A stretch of DNA of 64,000 bases, taken from positions 10,726,001 through 10,790,000 of the forward strand of contig CM074520.1 in the NCBI GenBank assembly GCA_037379345.1. Direction: 5' to 3'. The stretch is from Perna viridis. Its lineage: Eukaryota. Within the stretch, counting starts at the first letter, position 1. Each line of letters opens with the position of its first letter. The notes under the pieces were generated by a model that was not told where the DNA came from, made no database searches, and worked only from the letters and a program-made list of their open reading frames with translations. Made by a program: the position numbers and the translations under genes. Shown piece after piece: positions 13,523 to 26,084 of this stretch.

Positions 13523-15174
13523 CATGTTAACTTTTCGGGATTAAGAAGTCGGATTGTCGAGATAATGATCTGAAAAAGTCGATTTCAATCTCTATTTTCA
13601 CAACATGTCGACCAGCTCAATTATTTATTATCAAGACATGTTTATATAATTTTCTCGACAAGTCGACATACATATTCGAATTTTCGGCAAGATGTTTATC
13701 TCGTAATTTTACTACGGTGAAGGCACACGTGCAGTGCTAGTACCGCCATGGATAATCAGGTAGGTGAAAAATGTCATGTCACCCCTCTCCCTCTCCTGGA
13801 TATTACTTCCATATTTTTTGTACAAAGCGTGGGGAAGCAGGTCCGAAAATGGTGTTCAAATTAAGGTAGCTAGGAGGACGCCAGAGAAATTCAAATGACA
13901 TTTATCAAAAATGATTAAAAAAATGTCAACAATTTTTTATTTTAAAGTAAAATAAAGAAAGGTTACCAGGAGTGTTTGTGTCCGGAAGGGAGGGGGTGCA
14001 TTACAATAGGTAATGTACTAGTACATGTATGTGCCGCAAAACAGGGTCTTGTTTTATCCAAATAATAAACAAGGTCGTTCGTTTAACCTTATGTCATAAG
14101 CAGGGTTTCGACTTAAATCATTGATACTTTATTGCAAAAACGGGTTGTTGCTGACGTGAATGACAGTCAGCGCAGATAAAAAAATTAAAATGTAAGTACT
14201 GTTCATTTTTTTAAAAGTTATCACTATATTTGAACATTCCACGTCTTATCTATAACCTGAATGCATTAATAAAAAAGGTTAAATGGGTGTAATCATGGTT
14301 AGTATCAAGATAATTAGATAAAGTTAGATTAATTGCAACTCTTGGCTTCATAGAGCGCCTCTGATGAGTTTTAAATAGACAACACAGTCATGCGTAGTAA
14401 AAATTCTTTTTGCTTACAGTGTCAGTCCCCTTGCTTTGTATACCCTCACTCCAGAACTAATCATGGTAAGGCGGCAAGAGACTTTTAACCTTTTTTATTA
14501 ATGCATTTAGAACGAGTTCATATTTCTAAAAAAAATTATGAAAAATACATGTGCATATTACAGATATGGGTTCCATAACAACGCATGGAAAGTTTTTATA
14601 ATTTGCTACTTAGGGAAACCACAAAAGTACTTCATATAAATGGTTAAAATGTCCAAAAATACTTCAAGTGATCAAGGGGCCAGTTGGGGGTAACGATTTG
14701 CCTATCAAGGCTAAACCAAGTCTTAAAACCCTGCTAACAGTCATCTGGAAATCGTTTTGTTTGTTTTGTAAGTAGGTCATCAGATTGGGAATAACCCTAT
14801 GGGAATATATCTCAATTGGGATGTTATACAGGTTGGGTGTAATCATGGTAAAGATATCAAAATTGCAACTCTTGGCTTCATATATAGATGTCTCTGGTGA
14901 GTTTGAAATAGACAACACATATGTGTCAGGCGTAGCAAATATTTTGTTGTTGCCTGAAATTTTATTGCAGTTTCGATTTTTAAAGGTAAAAATTGTCAAT
15001 TTTTAACAAGTTTGTCATATTTTTGCATGATTGAGAAATTTTTTTTTTTTGCTTTTGCATTTTCTGCCATTACTTCTCAGCTCTTCAAGTTCAGTATCTT
15101 AAATTATACATGTTTATAGTAGTTTTGATTTCATGGAACGTCGCAAGGTTTTGTTCTCTTTTTTCTCATTCAAG

Positions 15175-17643
15175 GATAAAGTACAGATTCCGCTAAAAAT
15201 ATACAGTCAAAATAGAATGACAAGAAAAGCAGTTGTCGTGCACTCATTTCAAGACTTGATTAACAAATGTAAGTACATTTTAGCTCACCTCACGAAGGTG
15301 AGGGGGAGGGGGCTTATGTGATACCCCTGGCATTGGCGTCCGCACCCACTTAGAGAAGAATGGTTAAGATCCATACACGGTTACTTGCAAATGCCACATC
15401 AATAATATTGGTATGGTAGGTGCACCTAGTGATGCTAAGCACAACGCATGCTTCGGATGCTGGCTGCAACCTATATTTTCTGGATGGATGACCACTTACA
15501 GAAGAATGGTTAAAGACTGGCAAGTGGCACATAAATGATATTGGTATGGTAGGTGCATCTAGTGATGCTAAGCACAACAATGCATGCTTTGGATGCTGGC
15601 TGTGATCTATATTTTCTGGATGGATGACCACTTACATTACCAATATTTTACTACTGAAAAATAGTTACTCCATACTTAATAACAAGGAGAGTTAATCGAC
15701 ATGTTAGGATGCTGCCTGTCAAAAGGAAAGCTTTAAGCACAATGCAGGCTTTGAATGCAGACTGCGACCTCCTTTTTCTTCGTGGATGACAAATTAAAAC
15801 TTTGAAAGGTTTAAGTCCATTCCTGCTTATCAAAAATACTATGTAACAAGGTGAGCTTTGTAATTGACAGATTACCTATGTTTTTTTTTTTTCATGTATT
15901 TATATAGTTCACAAAATCACAAAAATTTAGTACCCAATGAAATGGAAATTTTTCATCGATTTGAATAATAAAGTTGTCTAAATCACAAATTTATGCATCC
16001 ACAAACCTTAAACAGATTTCTCGACTTCTGTTAAAGGGAAAGCTGACATATTAGGTATGTGACTGACTAGGTGACTTGAGCCCCCTTCTAGGGTCAAAGG
16101 CACAGCAACTTCCTGTTAACCATTAGCCTTAGTATTTTTATACCCTGCCACATCAAGTGGTGAGATATTATGTTATATCCTCCGTTTGGTTCGGTGTCTG
16201 TCTGTTCATCTGTCCCCCGCACAGTTTCCAGATGATAACTTGGAAACGTGTCAAGGGATTTGAATTATATTTTGCACAGCTGTAAAGTACAATTAGATAA
16301 AGGTCAAGTTTAATTTCCAGGTTAATCTGGGAAATGTTTTTTTGAGTTGGGTCACTTTGAAGAACTAAAGTGAATGTATTTTTGAGTGTCTATGTGATAA
16401 CTTTAAAGCACGTCAAGGCCTTTAAGGGATTGCCTTATATTTTACACAGCTGTAAAATGCAATAAAATAAAGACCAAGTTAAATTTTCATCTTAATCTGA
16501 AAAATATTTAAAATTTCATGTAATTATTGATTTTGAATTTTGGATTTTACATGGCAGAATATCATATAATGTCCCATTAGATGCCCTATTTTTTCAGGAT
16601 GTATTTACCTTATTGTAAATATCTTAATAAATTTCTCCGCTGCTACATGAGGGATACTTTCATAATTATTTTCAAAATTTTCAGACTTTAGTTAAGTATA
16701 GTTAAGTATAATTCAGATGTTTTTCATAATGTTCCAGTATGGTACAAATAAGTACAATTTAGTACCAAACCTAAATTGTTCTGCAGACTTTATCTCAACA
16801 TCAACTGCCTGCAAAGGATGAAAAAATAGGTTGACCTGGCCTACTCTTTGCAAACTATTTTTTCATACTTTGCAAGGCAGTTGAAGTTGAGATAAACTAA
16901 ACAATTTTTTGAATAATTTGTATAGAAATATAGAGAAAATATTGCATATTTACACCCAGGGTACTATTTTTGAGACAATTAAATTTCATAACTGCTTTGG
17001 ATATTAGGTTCCTTTTGGTGCATATCAGATGTTAGGAGTTTTAAATTATAGAGGAAAAAAATGTAAAAATTTTTAAAGTTAGTTTGGCCAGATTTATGAA
17101 TGGAAAATGAGTAATTCATTTGTACAGTAAGAAATATAAACTGAAATTGGAGAATCTGAAGAAAACATTGATGAAAATGATTTTAAAAATAACTAGTTTG
17201 ATGATGCTTAATAATGTTTAATCTTTTTCAAATACATGTAGGTTCCACTGGCCAAAAGGCAAAATAATTATTCCAATCAAACACGATTACCCAGTCTTTT
17301 CAAAAGAACTTTTTAATCTAAAACAAAACAAAAGTTAAGCAGCTTTCATTAAAAGACATTGAAATTTATGCAAATGATATCTTTTGTTTTGTAAGATACA
17401 TGTAGTATATAAAGGGAACTGAAGGAAGTAATTGAACCAGATGCACAAAAAGATACTGAATGATTTATGTAGTTTTCAATTCAGGCAAAGAAAAATTCAT
17501 GACTGTTGATCAAACATTAGCAATAGTATTAAACAGTGATGGGGTGGAAATAGACGAGGATTATTTTCTACTGTTAGCAGGAAATACAAAGTTAATGCTC
17601 CTGCAAGGAGATGAAAGATGGGTTCCACAATATGTTCCTCATG
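15175..17643 (+). CDS. CIDE-N (CAD) domain split over two exons (15175-15268, 17485-17643)
   Basis: Spliced peptide IPLKIYSQNRMTRKAVVVHSFQDLINK-C-KEKFMTVDQTLAIVLNSDGVEIDEDYFLLLAGNTKLMLLQGDERW fits the CIDE-N pattern (P-F/L-K...R..RK.V.A.SL.EL..K......LVL..DGTE.D.EYF..L..NT.LM.L..G..W). The T|GC junction creates Cys in frame. Confidence 0.85.
15279..15885 (+). mobile_element. Helentron/HINE-like element with ~120-bp internal tandem repeats
   Basis: TTTAGCTCACC...GGTGAG 5' hairpin, GGTGAGC subterminal IR near 15850 and internal repeats 15350-15800. Confidence 0.55.
16788..16897. repeat. Hairpin/MITE with ~40-bp arms
   Basis: TTTATCTCAACATCAACTGCCTGCAAAGGATGAAAAAATAG vs CTATTTTTTCATACTTTGCAAGGCAGTTGAAGTTGAGATAAA. 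Confidence 0.6.
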
Positions 17644-18036
17644 GTAATTTATTTGCTAGCCAAGTGTTATAATATATATTTGTAATGGGATGTCCTGTGG
17701 ACACAATTGGTAGATACCTGTACCAATTAAGACATGACAATTATTAAGTGGCCAGCAAAGTTTGTGTTCAACTTTATAATGTTACTCATTGTTTTGTTAT
17801 CTCACTATCCAAAACTAGAACTTTGGGCCAATACTTAGCCCAGTACATATATATTTTTAGGCTTTAAATTTGTTATGGGTATATCATGTACATATGCATG
17901 TACATTATTCTGTGCTTGGTATCATGTTTTCGTTTGTTAATTTCTCAATGATAATTACAAAGCATTTATTTTAAAAACATTTTAAATAGAACCACCAAAA
18001 TTTTAATGGTAACATGACAACTACATGTAGTTATAA

Positions 18037-18620
18037 TTAGCTCACATGACCCAAAGAATCATGTGAACTATTGCCATCAATTGAGGTCTGTCATCCGTTA
18101 TCTGTCCATTAACTTTTCTTTACATTAAAGATCTTCTTTTCTAAAACCACAGAAGGAATTCATTTATAACTTGAGTACTTCATTATTAGGATGTCTTGTA
18201 CCAAGTTTTTGAAATATATTGCTGCTGACCAACCAAGATGGCCACCATAGCTAAAGATAGAATATAACTCTTCATTTTCAAGATTGCTACCCTTTTCCCT
18301 GCCAAATTGATAAGTAAGTCAGATTTTAAAGAAACATGGTATACCAAGTTGAATGCTGATGAAACATTATTTTCTGATTTGCCATTTTCAAGTTGGCAGT
18401 CATTTAATTGCATATATTTTCATGTTGCTCATGATTCAATGAAATTTGGTATACATCGAAAACATGGTATGCTAAGTTGAATGGCAGTGACAATTTTTTT
18501 TTTAATTTGACATTTCCCTTCAAATTTTCAACTTGTCATTTTTTCAATAACTGACAATTTTTAGTCAAATTGTGCACTTTGAGTCAGATGAGCGATTCAG
18601 GCTTCTAGGGGCCTCTTGTT
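18037..18620 (+). mobile_element. Helentron/HINE-like non-autonomous element
   Basis: TTAGCTCACATGACC...; 3' CAGATGAGCGATTCAGGCTTCTAGGGGCCTCTTGTT. Confidence 0.65.
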
Positions 18621-18785
18621 TAAATCGTAAGATTATTCTATTCTCAGACATAAGGTGCTCTTAGTTTAGAATTTGGCACCCTGTTTGTCATTGTTTTTGG
18701 ATTTTATATTGTGCTCATCTTCCAGTTTACTGGTGCCTTACAACTTTTGACTTGAGCATCTCTGATGAGTGTTTAACATGTTTAA

Positions 18786-19315
18786 GGAGGTACATGACCC
18801 TTAAGCAATTTTTTTCTTGTCATTGAATTTTCTTTAAAACTAAATATGTCATGACATGTTTTTTGAATTTTGACTTCCCAACTCAGTTTCATAATAAATA
18901 ACTCCAAGGGTTGGATGAATTTCATTGAAATGTTAAAGAAAATGGAAAATTTCAATAAAAAAATGTTAATAAAAATTTTGTCATTGAAATTTTGTTAGTT
19001 TTTTACATTGACTAGTACATTGCATTAGAAAAAAAAGAGGATGTTTAGTTTTCAAAAGTAATCAAAATTGGCATATTTGGACACAAATTACCTCCCTTAG
19101 CAATATTGCAGGAAAATTCAATCAGTTAATGACATTTTTTAACCAACTGAAATAAACAATTACTAGAAAAATTGTTCATTTTCTCCAAGATCAAAACCAA
19201 AGTCACAGACACAAAATTAAGAATGTTTTAACAAATATTTTGAAACCTGGAAATCTTTTCTATAATAATTCTTCAATAGTCTGAAGTTTTATTTTGATCA
19301 ATGTCATGCACCTCC
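18786..19315. mobile_element. Non-autonomous Kolobok-like element
   Basis: TTAA|GGAGGTACATGAC ... GTCATGCACCTCC|TTAT (TTAA-type target, GG..CC termini). Confidence 0.5.
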
Positions 19316-22149
19316 TTATTGGATATAACACAAGACAGTGAAAGTTTTAACTTGTTTGTATGAAACTGTTTTGTATTTTGGCATTTTTTTCACAAAACTT
19401 TGAGAAATGGTTTATTATTGTACAGACTTGGATGTAATTGATTTTCAGTTAATTTCTTCAAAAGGTATAAATTTTCAGGAAGTTAAAGGTAAAGGTGAAG
19501 ATTGTTGTAACCACCACAATATATTTTGGAAGGTATGGGGGTACTGTGATCTTGCTCACTGTGGTTCTTTCATTTTCTTTAATATAATCGCCAAATCTGT
19601 TGTAAAAAAATTGTATACCTTGTCCTATTTTGTGAAAAAATAAAACTAAAAGAACTACACCTCTTTATGTCATATGTATATTATTCTTATTTAGCTAAAT
19701 AGGAAGACACCACAAAGAAAAACGTATGTGAAGATTAGTTTAGGATGGCTGTATTATGATGTTTTTTGTCAAAATGGGGGTGGAACTAGAGTTGTTGATT
19801 TCAGATGGGATAGCACATATGGAGATATACTTCAAAAAGCAAAGGAATTGTGTTTTCCCAAATAGTAAGTTAAATAAAAGTTATTAGAAAGCCCTGTGAG
19901 CTTCTGTCATCACTTGATACCTCTACTAATTTTTTTTCAAAATCTAGAAAACACTTGGTTAAATATACTAAAATTTAGTGCAGCTGTTTTCTATTGTGTC
20001 TTTTACAAAATTATTGATTGGTTTCAAAAACATGGGTGTCATAGCTGTGATTAAATGCAGTTTTTGTCACAAAGTGGGTGAAGTTGATTGAACATTAGGT
20101 GGCAGGCAGGTGTGGAAAAATATTTTTAACTGATTTCTTACTTTTACTCTGAAGGGGTTGGTTTCCAATTTGATACACTGCACAAACACGGTGACTTGTA
20201 CCATTCCTCCTCTTTCCATGTTGGTACACATCTTCTCCTCTTGCAACTAACACTATTTTAAGTGTCCATGCTCGAGTAATGGATTTTTTTCTTTTTAAAT
20301 TTTTTCCAATAATGTACCTAAATTGTACTACAGTATAGTTAGTTTTTTTCCGGACCACACATTTCATGATTTTTAACAAAAACGGGGGTATTCCATTTAA
20401 GATGACTTTCAATTCTCTAAAACAAATGTATGGCAAGCCTACATTTAGTGAGTTTTTATTTTCGTGACTGTAAGGTCATTAGAAATATAGCAAAATATAG
20501 AATCTTGCAAAATTACTGGCTACATTAAAACCTATTGTCATAATTGTAAAGGCTTAAATTCATATGGTAAGTGTTAGGCACATCCAAATTGACTACAAAG
20601 CACAAATTGTTCAGAATCAAACTTTTTGACATGACCTCTGAAAGTGTTGGATTAAAAATACATTTTTTAATGTTTTCGCCTTATAAATTGAAAACCTTTG
20701 GAGATAATAAAAAGCTTTTGCTTGCTTAAATGTCAAGCTAATTCATTTGGTAAAATTGTTTTATGTTTTGGTAGAAATTATTGCTCTTGAAATATCAGAA
20801 CTGTGCTGTGGAAGTTTTCGCCTTAAAATTTTAAACCAATTTACAGATATATTATAAAAAAAAAATGCTCTGCTTGCTCAAATGATCATTTGGTTGTCAT
20901 TTACAGTGTTTCTTAAGTCAGGAAAGTGATGCAGGATTTTGGGAGGCTCTTGTTTTTTGGAAGGTTTTAATGATTTCTAATAGCTGTCAACATGTTCTGT
21001 AAAATTTTATAAGATTATAGATTTATCCTGTAGTTTTAGAGATGCTTTGATCTGGAGGGTTAAGTGGACAATGGTCATCACTATTGGTCAAAGCATTTTC
21101 AAAACTTGTTCAATGTTGTCTATTACCTTGTCTTTCAAAACATCGTATCTTAAACATTCAGAGTGATTAAAGCCCCCTGGGCCAATGTTTTGTCTATTTC
21201 ATGTAAAATAATAAATTAAAAATATGAAAATTGAAAACCTCTTAGAATTATAATTTTTTAAACTATGCCAATGTATTCACAATTTTTCTTTCTAAGTTTG
21301 GTAGAGAGCCATACTGTTGTTATCATGTCCCTTTGTCCATCTGAAAGATTGTCAATCTTAGTCATCTGAAACTAATAAACTGAATTTCATAAAACTTGGC
21401 ATTTATAGTGAGTACACATATGTAGTTGTGCGTATCAACATGAAAGTTTGATTTTTTTATACATTGCAGGAGGCATATTGCCTTTTAACCTTAGAAATTA
21501 TGTGTCCTCACACTTTGGGGGATGTCTTTGCCTACTTTGGTGGCATATTGTTTTTTATTATTTTTGTCATGTCTATCCATCCGTAACAAAGTTATTCAAT
21601 GCAAGTCCTTTGAATTAATCATCAGAATTGAATGAAACTTGGTTTGTAGTAAATACATCATATGTAGTTGTGAACGGAAAATTTGATCCTCTAATTTTTG
21701 TAGGAGTTGTAGCCCTTTAAACTTAGGATTTTTCTGAAAATCTATTATCGTGTGCAACTCCTACTAAAACTACTTTACATAATGAAAATCGTCATAACTA
21801 AATCAAATTTCTTGAAACTTTCAATAAAGTTTATATTATTTTTATGCAGATGTTTCTTCCAAGGGACATTGGGATTCCTTTATAAATCAGCTTGGAGATT
21901 TCAAACAGAACAATATTCTATCTACAGGATTTAGCCTTGAGCAATATATTCAAAGACACTGTCTTACATTGAAACCTAGAATCTACCTTATGTCTAAGGA
22001 AATATTGGAAGAACAGGTAAATATTAGAATCAAACAAGAAATAAATGTGTTTGGATGCCAACGACAAATTGCCAATAAGTGACCTTGGATAATTTTCTAT
22101 TGCAATTACTACATCAAAGTATGCATAATAACCTAATTTTACTGAAATC

Positions 22150-23130
22150 AGACAGTTGAATTGTTTTGGAGTGCACGTGAGGTAGTAAAATAGCAGTTTA
22201 TTTAAAACAGTCGGCTGAAAAAGAAATGAAAATAGATTGTTCATTAACAACACACTAATCAACCTAAACAACAAATTCAGGTATTTGTGCAATACATATT
22301 CGAAATAAACTTGAATTTCTTAACTACTTCAAAGAAGAAAATAGTGTTCTGGCAATCACGGAAACACATTTAGATCCATTTATAAAAAATAATGAATAAC
22401 TCTCAAAATCCAATAAGACTTGACAGAAATAGCTTTATATTTTAAGGACCATTTATACATAAAGCGTATAATGGAACTTGGAAATCTGCTTGACGAAATG
22501 ATTTGGGTTGAAATCTGTACTAAAGGTGAACAGTTTTTTCTGTGTAACACCTATAGACCTGAGTGGACTGACGATCTTTATAGGTCACAGCAGCACACTT
22601 TTAGACCTAATTTTTTAATCAGCAATACACTAAATTGCAATTTTTCTGATGTATTATGTGTCACTAGAACAATCAGTGATCACGAAAATAAATCATTCTA
22701 AATCTTTTAAAAGGGAAATATGGCTCTATAATAATGGAGGTAAGATTAGATTTGGCGATAAGTTAGATAATGTAGATCGGGAGACAATCCTACATTTTGA
22801 TGATGTTGATAATATGTGCACAATTTTTACAGACAAAATTATAGATATAGCTAGAGAATGTATTCCTACAAAATATGTAACTGTCAGAACCAGAGATAAA
22901 CCCTGGTTTAATAGTGAACTTAGAAAAGAAATAAGAATTCGAGATAGACTTAGACGGAAATCTTTAAAATCAAAAATAGACATTGCCATGCTACAATACA
23001 AAAAAAGAGAAACAAGGTGAATTACTTGGAAAAGATTGCTAAGGAGAGATTGCAACAGAATTTAGACCACATTATATTTGAAAATGCAAACAATACTAAA
23101 ACATATTGGAAAATAATGAGTCCACGTCTC
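22150..23130 (+). mobile_element. CR1/L2-type LINE fragment (endonuclease to pre-RT) in an intron of the cargo gene
   Basis: AITETHLD, EMIWVEI, CNTYRP, ECIPTKYVTVRTRDKPWFNSELRKEIRIRDRL. Confidence 0.75.
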
Positions 23131-24379
23131 ACTTCCTCAAAACCTTTACAACATTCATTTATACTTTTTGGTAAAAAATTAACCAATCAGAATCATTGCT
23201 TCTGTAAACAACTGTAATTTCAAGATAAACATAAACTTCCATTGTTAGATAAAACTATATCTTAGCAACTAAAATTGTATAGGGGTGACATTTTGTCAGG
23301 AAGTAACCAACGTGCTTGAGTACAAAGTTTTAGACCAAAAACAGGTCTTATTGCCCCTTCTACTTTACCTGCAACACGTATGTCACGTAAGAGATTCAGG
23401 CTACTTGGCACCTCTAGGTTCCCTAGTTCATTGATACTACACACGCAAATTCAAACTAATAAATAAATAATATGGTAAAGGCTTGCCATCAAATAGGCAT
23501 CACTAGAATGCAGTTGTTTGTTCCTTTTATTGTTTTTACTCTGTGCTAGAAGCTTTAATGCAATTATGACATAACAGCCAATTGTTACAACATGACAAGG
23601 CAAAACTCTTTCGAGGAAAACGATATAACATTTTTGGCACTTTACCTAAAATTTGAATGAAAGGTATTAAACATTTTAGATAATGATAAGATGTTGAATA
23701 AGTGTATGTGACACAACCCCTATAAGCAGTGATTTTAAAATTCAGTTTAATACTGTTCATAGGCACAAGCCGCACATTGTTGATTTCTTATTGCAAATAA
23801 ATGTAAATTGCTAAAGGTTTGATGCACAATGCCAATTCTATGCAGGAATAACACATATGATTCTGGCTAGCTTTGTTCACATGTCATGCTGCTCACATCT
23901 TGTGATACTATCTTCAATTGTTATGGGAAATAACAAGACATTCTGTTGGTAAGGTGTAATGCGAATGATAACATTGGGAAAAGATAAAGAGCTACTTTAT
24001 ATTTACTTTATATATACTTTATACATTTTGTATTTATTTTTTTCTTGTCAGGATTTTGAATTACCTGACCTGCTAGGAACTGGAATTGACGATGACCCAG
24101 TAGTGGTTACAGATAGTAGTTCTGATGATGCCCTACCTGAAACTGCCATTTTTAATTCTCCAATTGGCAACCAAGAACAAGGAGCTGACATCCCAGTATT
24201 GAATTCCCAAAATAGTCAAGAAGTCCTACCTGGAATTCCTGCATTAAATTCTCCACATATTAATCCAGTAACAGTATCCAGTGATCCATAGATATGGTTC
24301 AGAGTCTTCACCAGTGGTAACATTTATTTATTAATTTCCTCAAATGAAGTGGGGGTGTTGGTGACATTGATTTGAACAT

Positions 24380-24997
24380 TTTAAGCTCATCTGACCCAAA
24401 GGCTCATGTAAGGTATTGCCATAGCTTGTTGTCTCTTTTGTCTGTCGTCTGTATGTAATCTTCTTCTATAAAACCACTGAAGGGATTGCTTTGAAATTTT
24501 GCACACATTGAATTATCTCAAGAATGTCCTCTATCACGATTGCACCAATCATGGCTGCTGACCAACCAACATGGTCGCTGTGGCTATAAGTTGATCGCTT
24601 GCATCTTCTCACCTGATTGTCACCAATCCTATTTATCATTTTAGATAGAAACAAATTATTGTCTTATCATTTTAGATAGAAACAAATTATTGTCTTATCA
24701 TTTTAGATAGAAACAAATTATTGTTTTATAATAGAAAGGTTTAACAAAGAAATCTTGGATGCGGTAAGGAACCAGAAAAGTATTAGTGATATTAATCATG
24801 AATAATGCAAACAAACACCATGAACATTTGTTTCATGCTCTTTTATGTTCAAAAGTCCCAATGGAGATTTTTAGAAGTTGGCAATTAGTGACAATGGCCA
24901 TATTCTATCCAAATTTTTAACCAGTGATTTTTAAAATAGCTAACATTTTTAGGCTTTGATTCATGCGAGCGATTCAGGCTTCTAGGAGCCTCTAGTT
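24380..24997 (+). mobile_element. Helentron/HINE-like non-autonomous element
   Basis: Same ends as 18037-18620; contains a ~30-bp triple repeat at 24632-24723. Confidence 0.6.
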
Positions 24998-25907
24998 ATT
25001 CTTCTAACCACTAAATTGTTCTTGGTGTCCTCTGAAATGGTTGAACTAATTGCTACTATACTTGGCACAAAAAAAAGACCCACCTGAAGTTGTGCAACAT
25101 CGACACAGAACCATTGGTCGTTCGACGTTTCAAAATGGCAATCGACAAAATTTTGAAGAAAAAAAATATATAAAAATTCCTAAAAATCAGCCGGTCAACC
25201 AATCAATTCCAAGTTGGTAGAAATATAGAACATAAAGATGATGAAATGTCTAACTAAGGACACATATTAACAAGTCCAGGTGGGCTGCCATTTCAAAATT
25301 GCAGACCTAATACATAAAAAAAACTGAAAAAAAATCTTCAAAAATCAGTTGCTCAACTAATAAATTCCAAACTTGGCTGAGTAACAGGACATGGTTTATC
25401 TGACTATCTACATATAATATCAACTTACGATCATTGGCCATTTTCAAATGGTGACCATTAAAAATTTTTTAAAGTTTGGAAAAAAAATCTACAATTCAGT
25501 GGGTCAACAGAATGATTATAAACTTGGTTGTAGAAATAGGACATGATATACTTGTCTTTTCTATATAATGTCAACTTCTGACCGGTGGCAATTTTCAAAA
25601 TGGCCGACATTAAAATGAAAAAAACTCTGTAAGGTTATTGTACCGCCAGGGGATATAGTGATTGGGGTGTCTGTACTTTTGTCAATCCTAGGGGTTACTC
25701 AACTCTTATACACAACTCCTCCTACACCACTGCTTTCAATTAAATTTGAAATGAAACTTTAAAGGCTATAATATGATCTGTTATTGCACTGAAATTATGA
25801 TAAAAATATGATTGCTTACTGGTACAAAAAATGTAATTGATACATTGGTGAAACCATAAAGATATGGGTTAGATACATGTTATATTTAAGATTATTTTTT
25901 GTTACAG

Positions 25908-26084
25908 GTTGTGAAGGCTCCACCAATTCCAAAGTGTACTGTTTGTACAGACAGATTTTGTGATTCTTTTCTAAGTTGCGGTCATATAATTTGTTTCATT
26001 TGTGCTGCAGAATTGGAGGAGAGGGGGTCAAAATGCCCAGTGTGCCGAAAAAATTTTTCACAAGTATCTAAACTCTTTTATTAA
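25908..26084 (+). CDS. C3HC4 RING finger terminal exon (IAP/MDM2-like C-terminal RING)
   Basis: CTVC...CGHIICFIC...CPVCRK with aromatic tail KLFY*; acceptor ttacag at 25907. Confidence 0.9.
   Translation, partial: VVKAPPIPKCTVCTDRFCDSFLSCGHIICFICAAELEERGSKCPVCRKNFSQVSKLFY

Larger units (their letters stand above)
13748..26084 (+). pseudogene. Multi-exon transposon cargo gene: CIDE-N domain + GGGTR/ubiquitin-like transposon-associated domain + acidic linker + C-terminal RING-HC (probable E3 ligase); slightly decayed
   Basis: Exons by eye: 13748-13759 (gccATGG, MDNQ|gtaggt), 15175-15268, 17485-17643, 19695-19864, 21850-22016, 24052-24316, 25908-26084, all with AG/GT signals. Phases agree at junctions 1-2, 2-3 and 5-6, and at 6-7 after a frameshift near 24288. 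Phase problems at 3-4 and 4-5 imply a missing exon or 1-bp lesions. Confidence 0.7.

Noticed and set aside
17460-17672. Host DFFA/DFFB/CIDE orthologue
   Set aside because: No DFF-C or nuclease exons follow and it lies inside TIRs, so no gene symbol was assigned.
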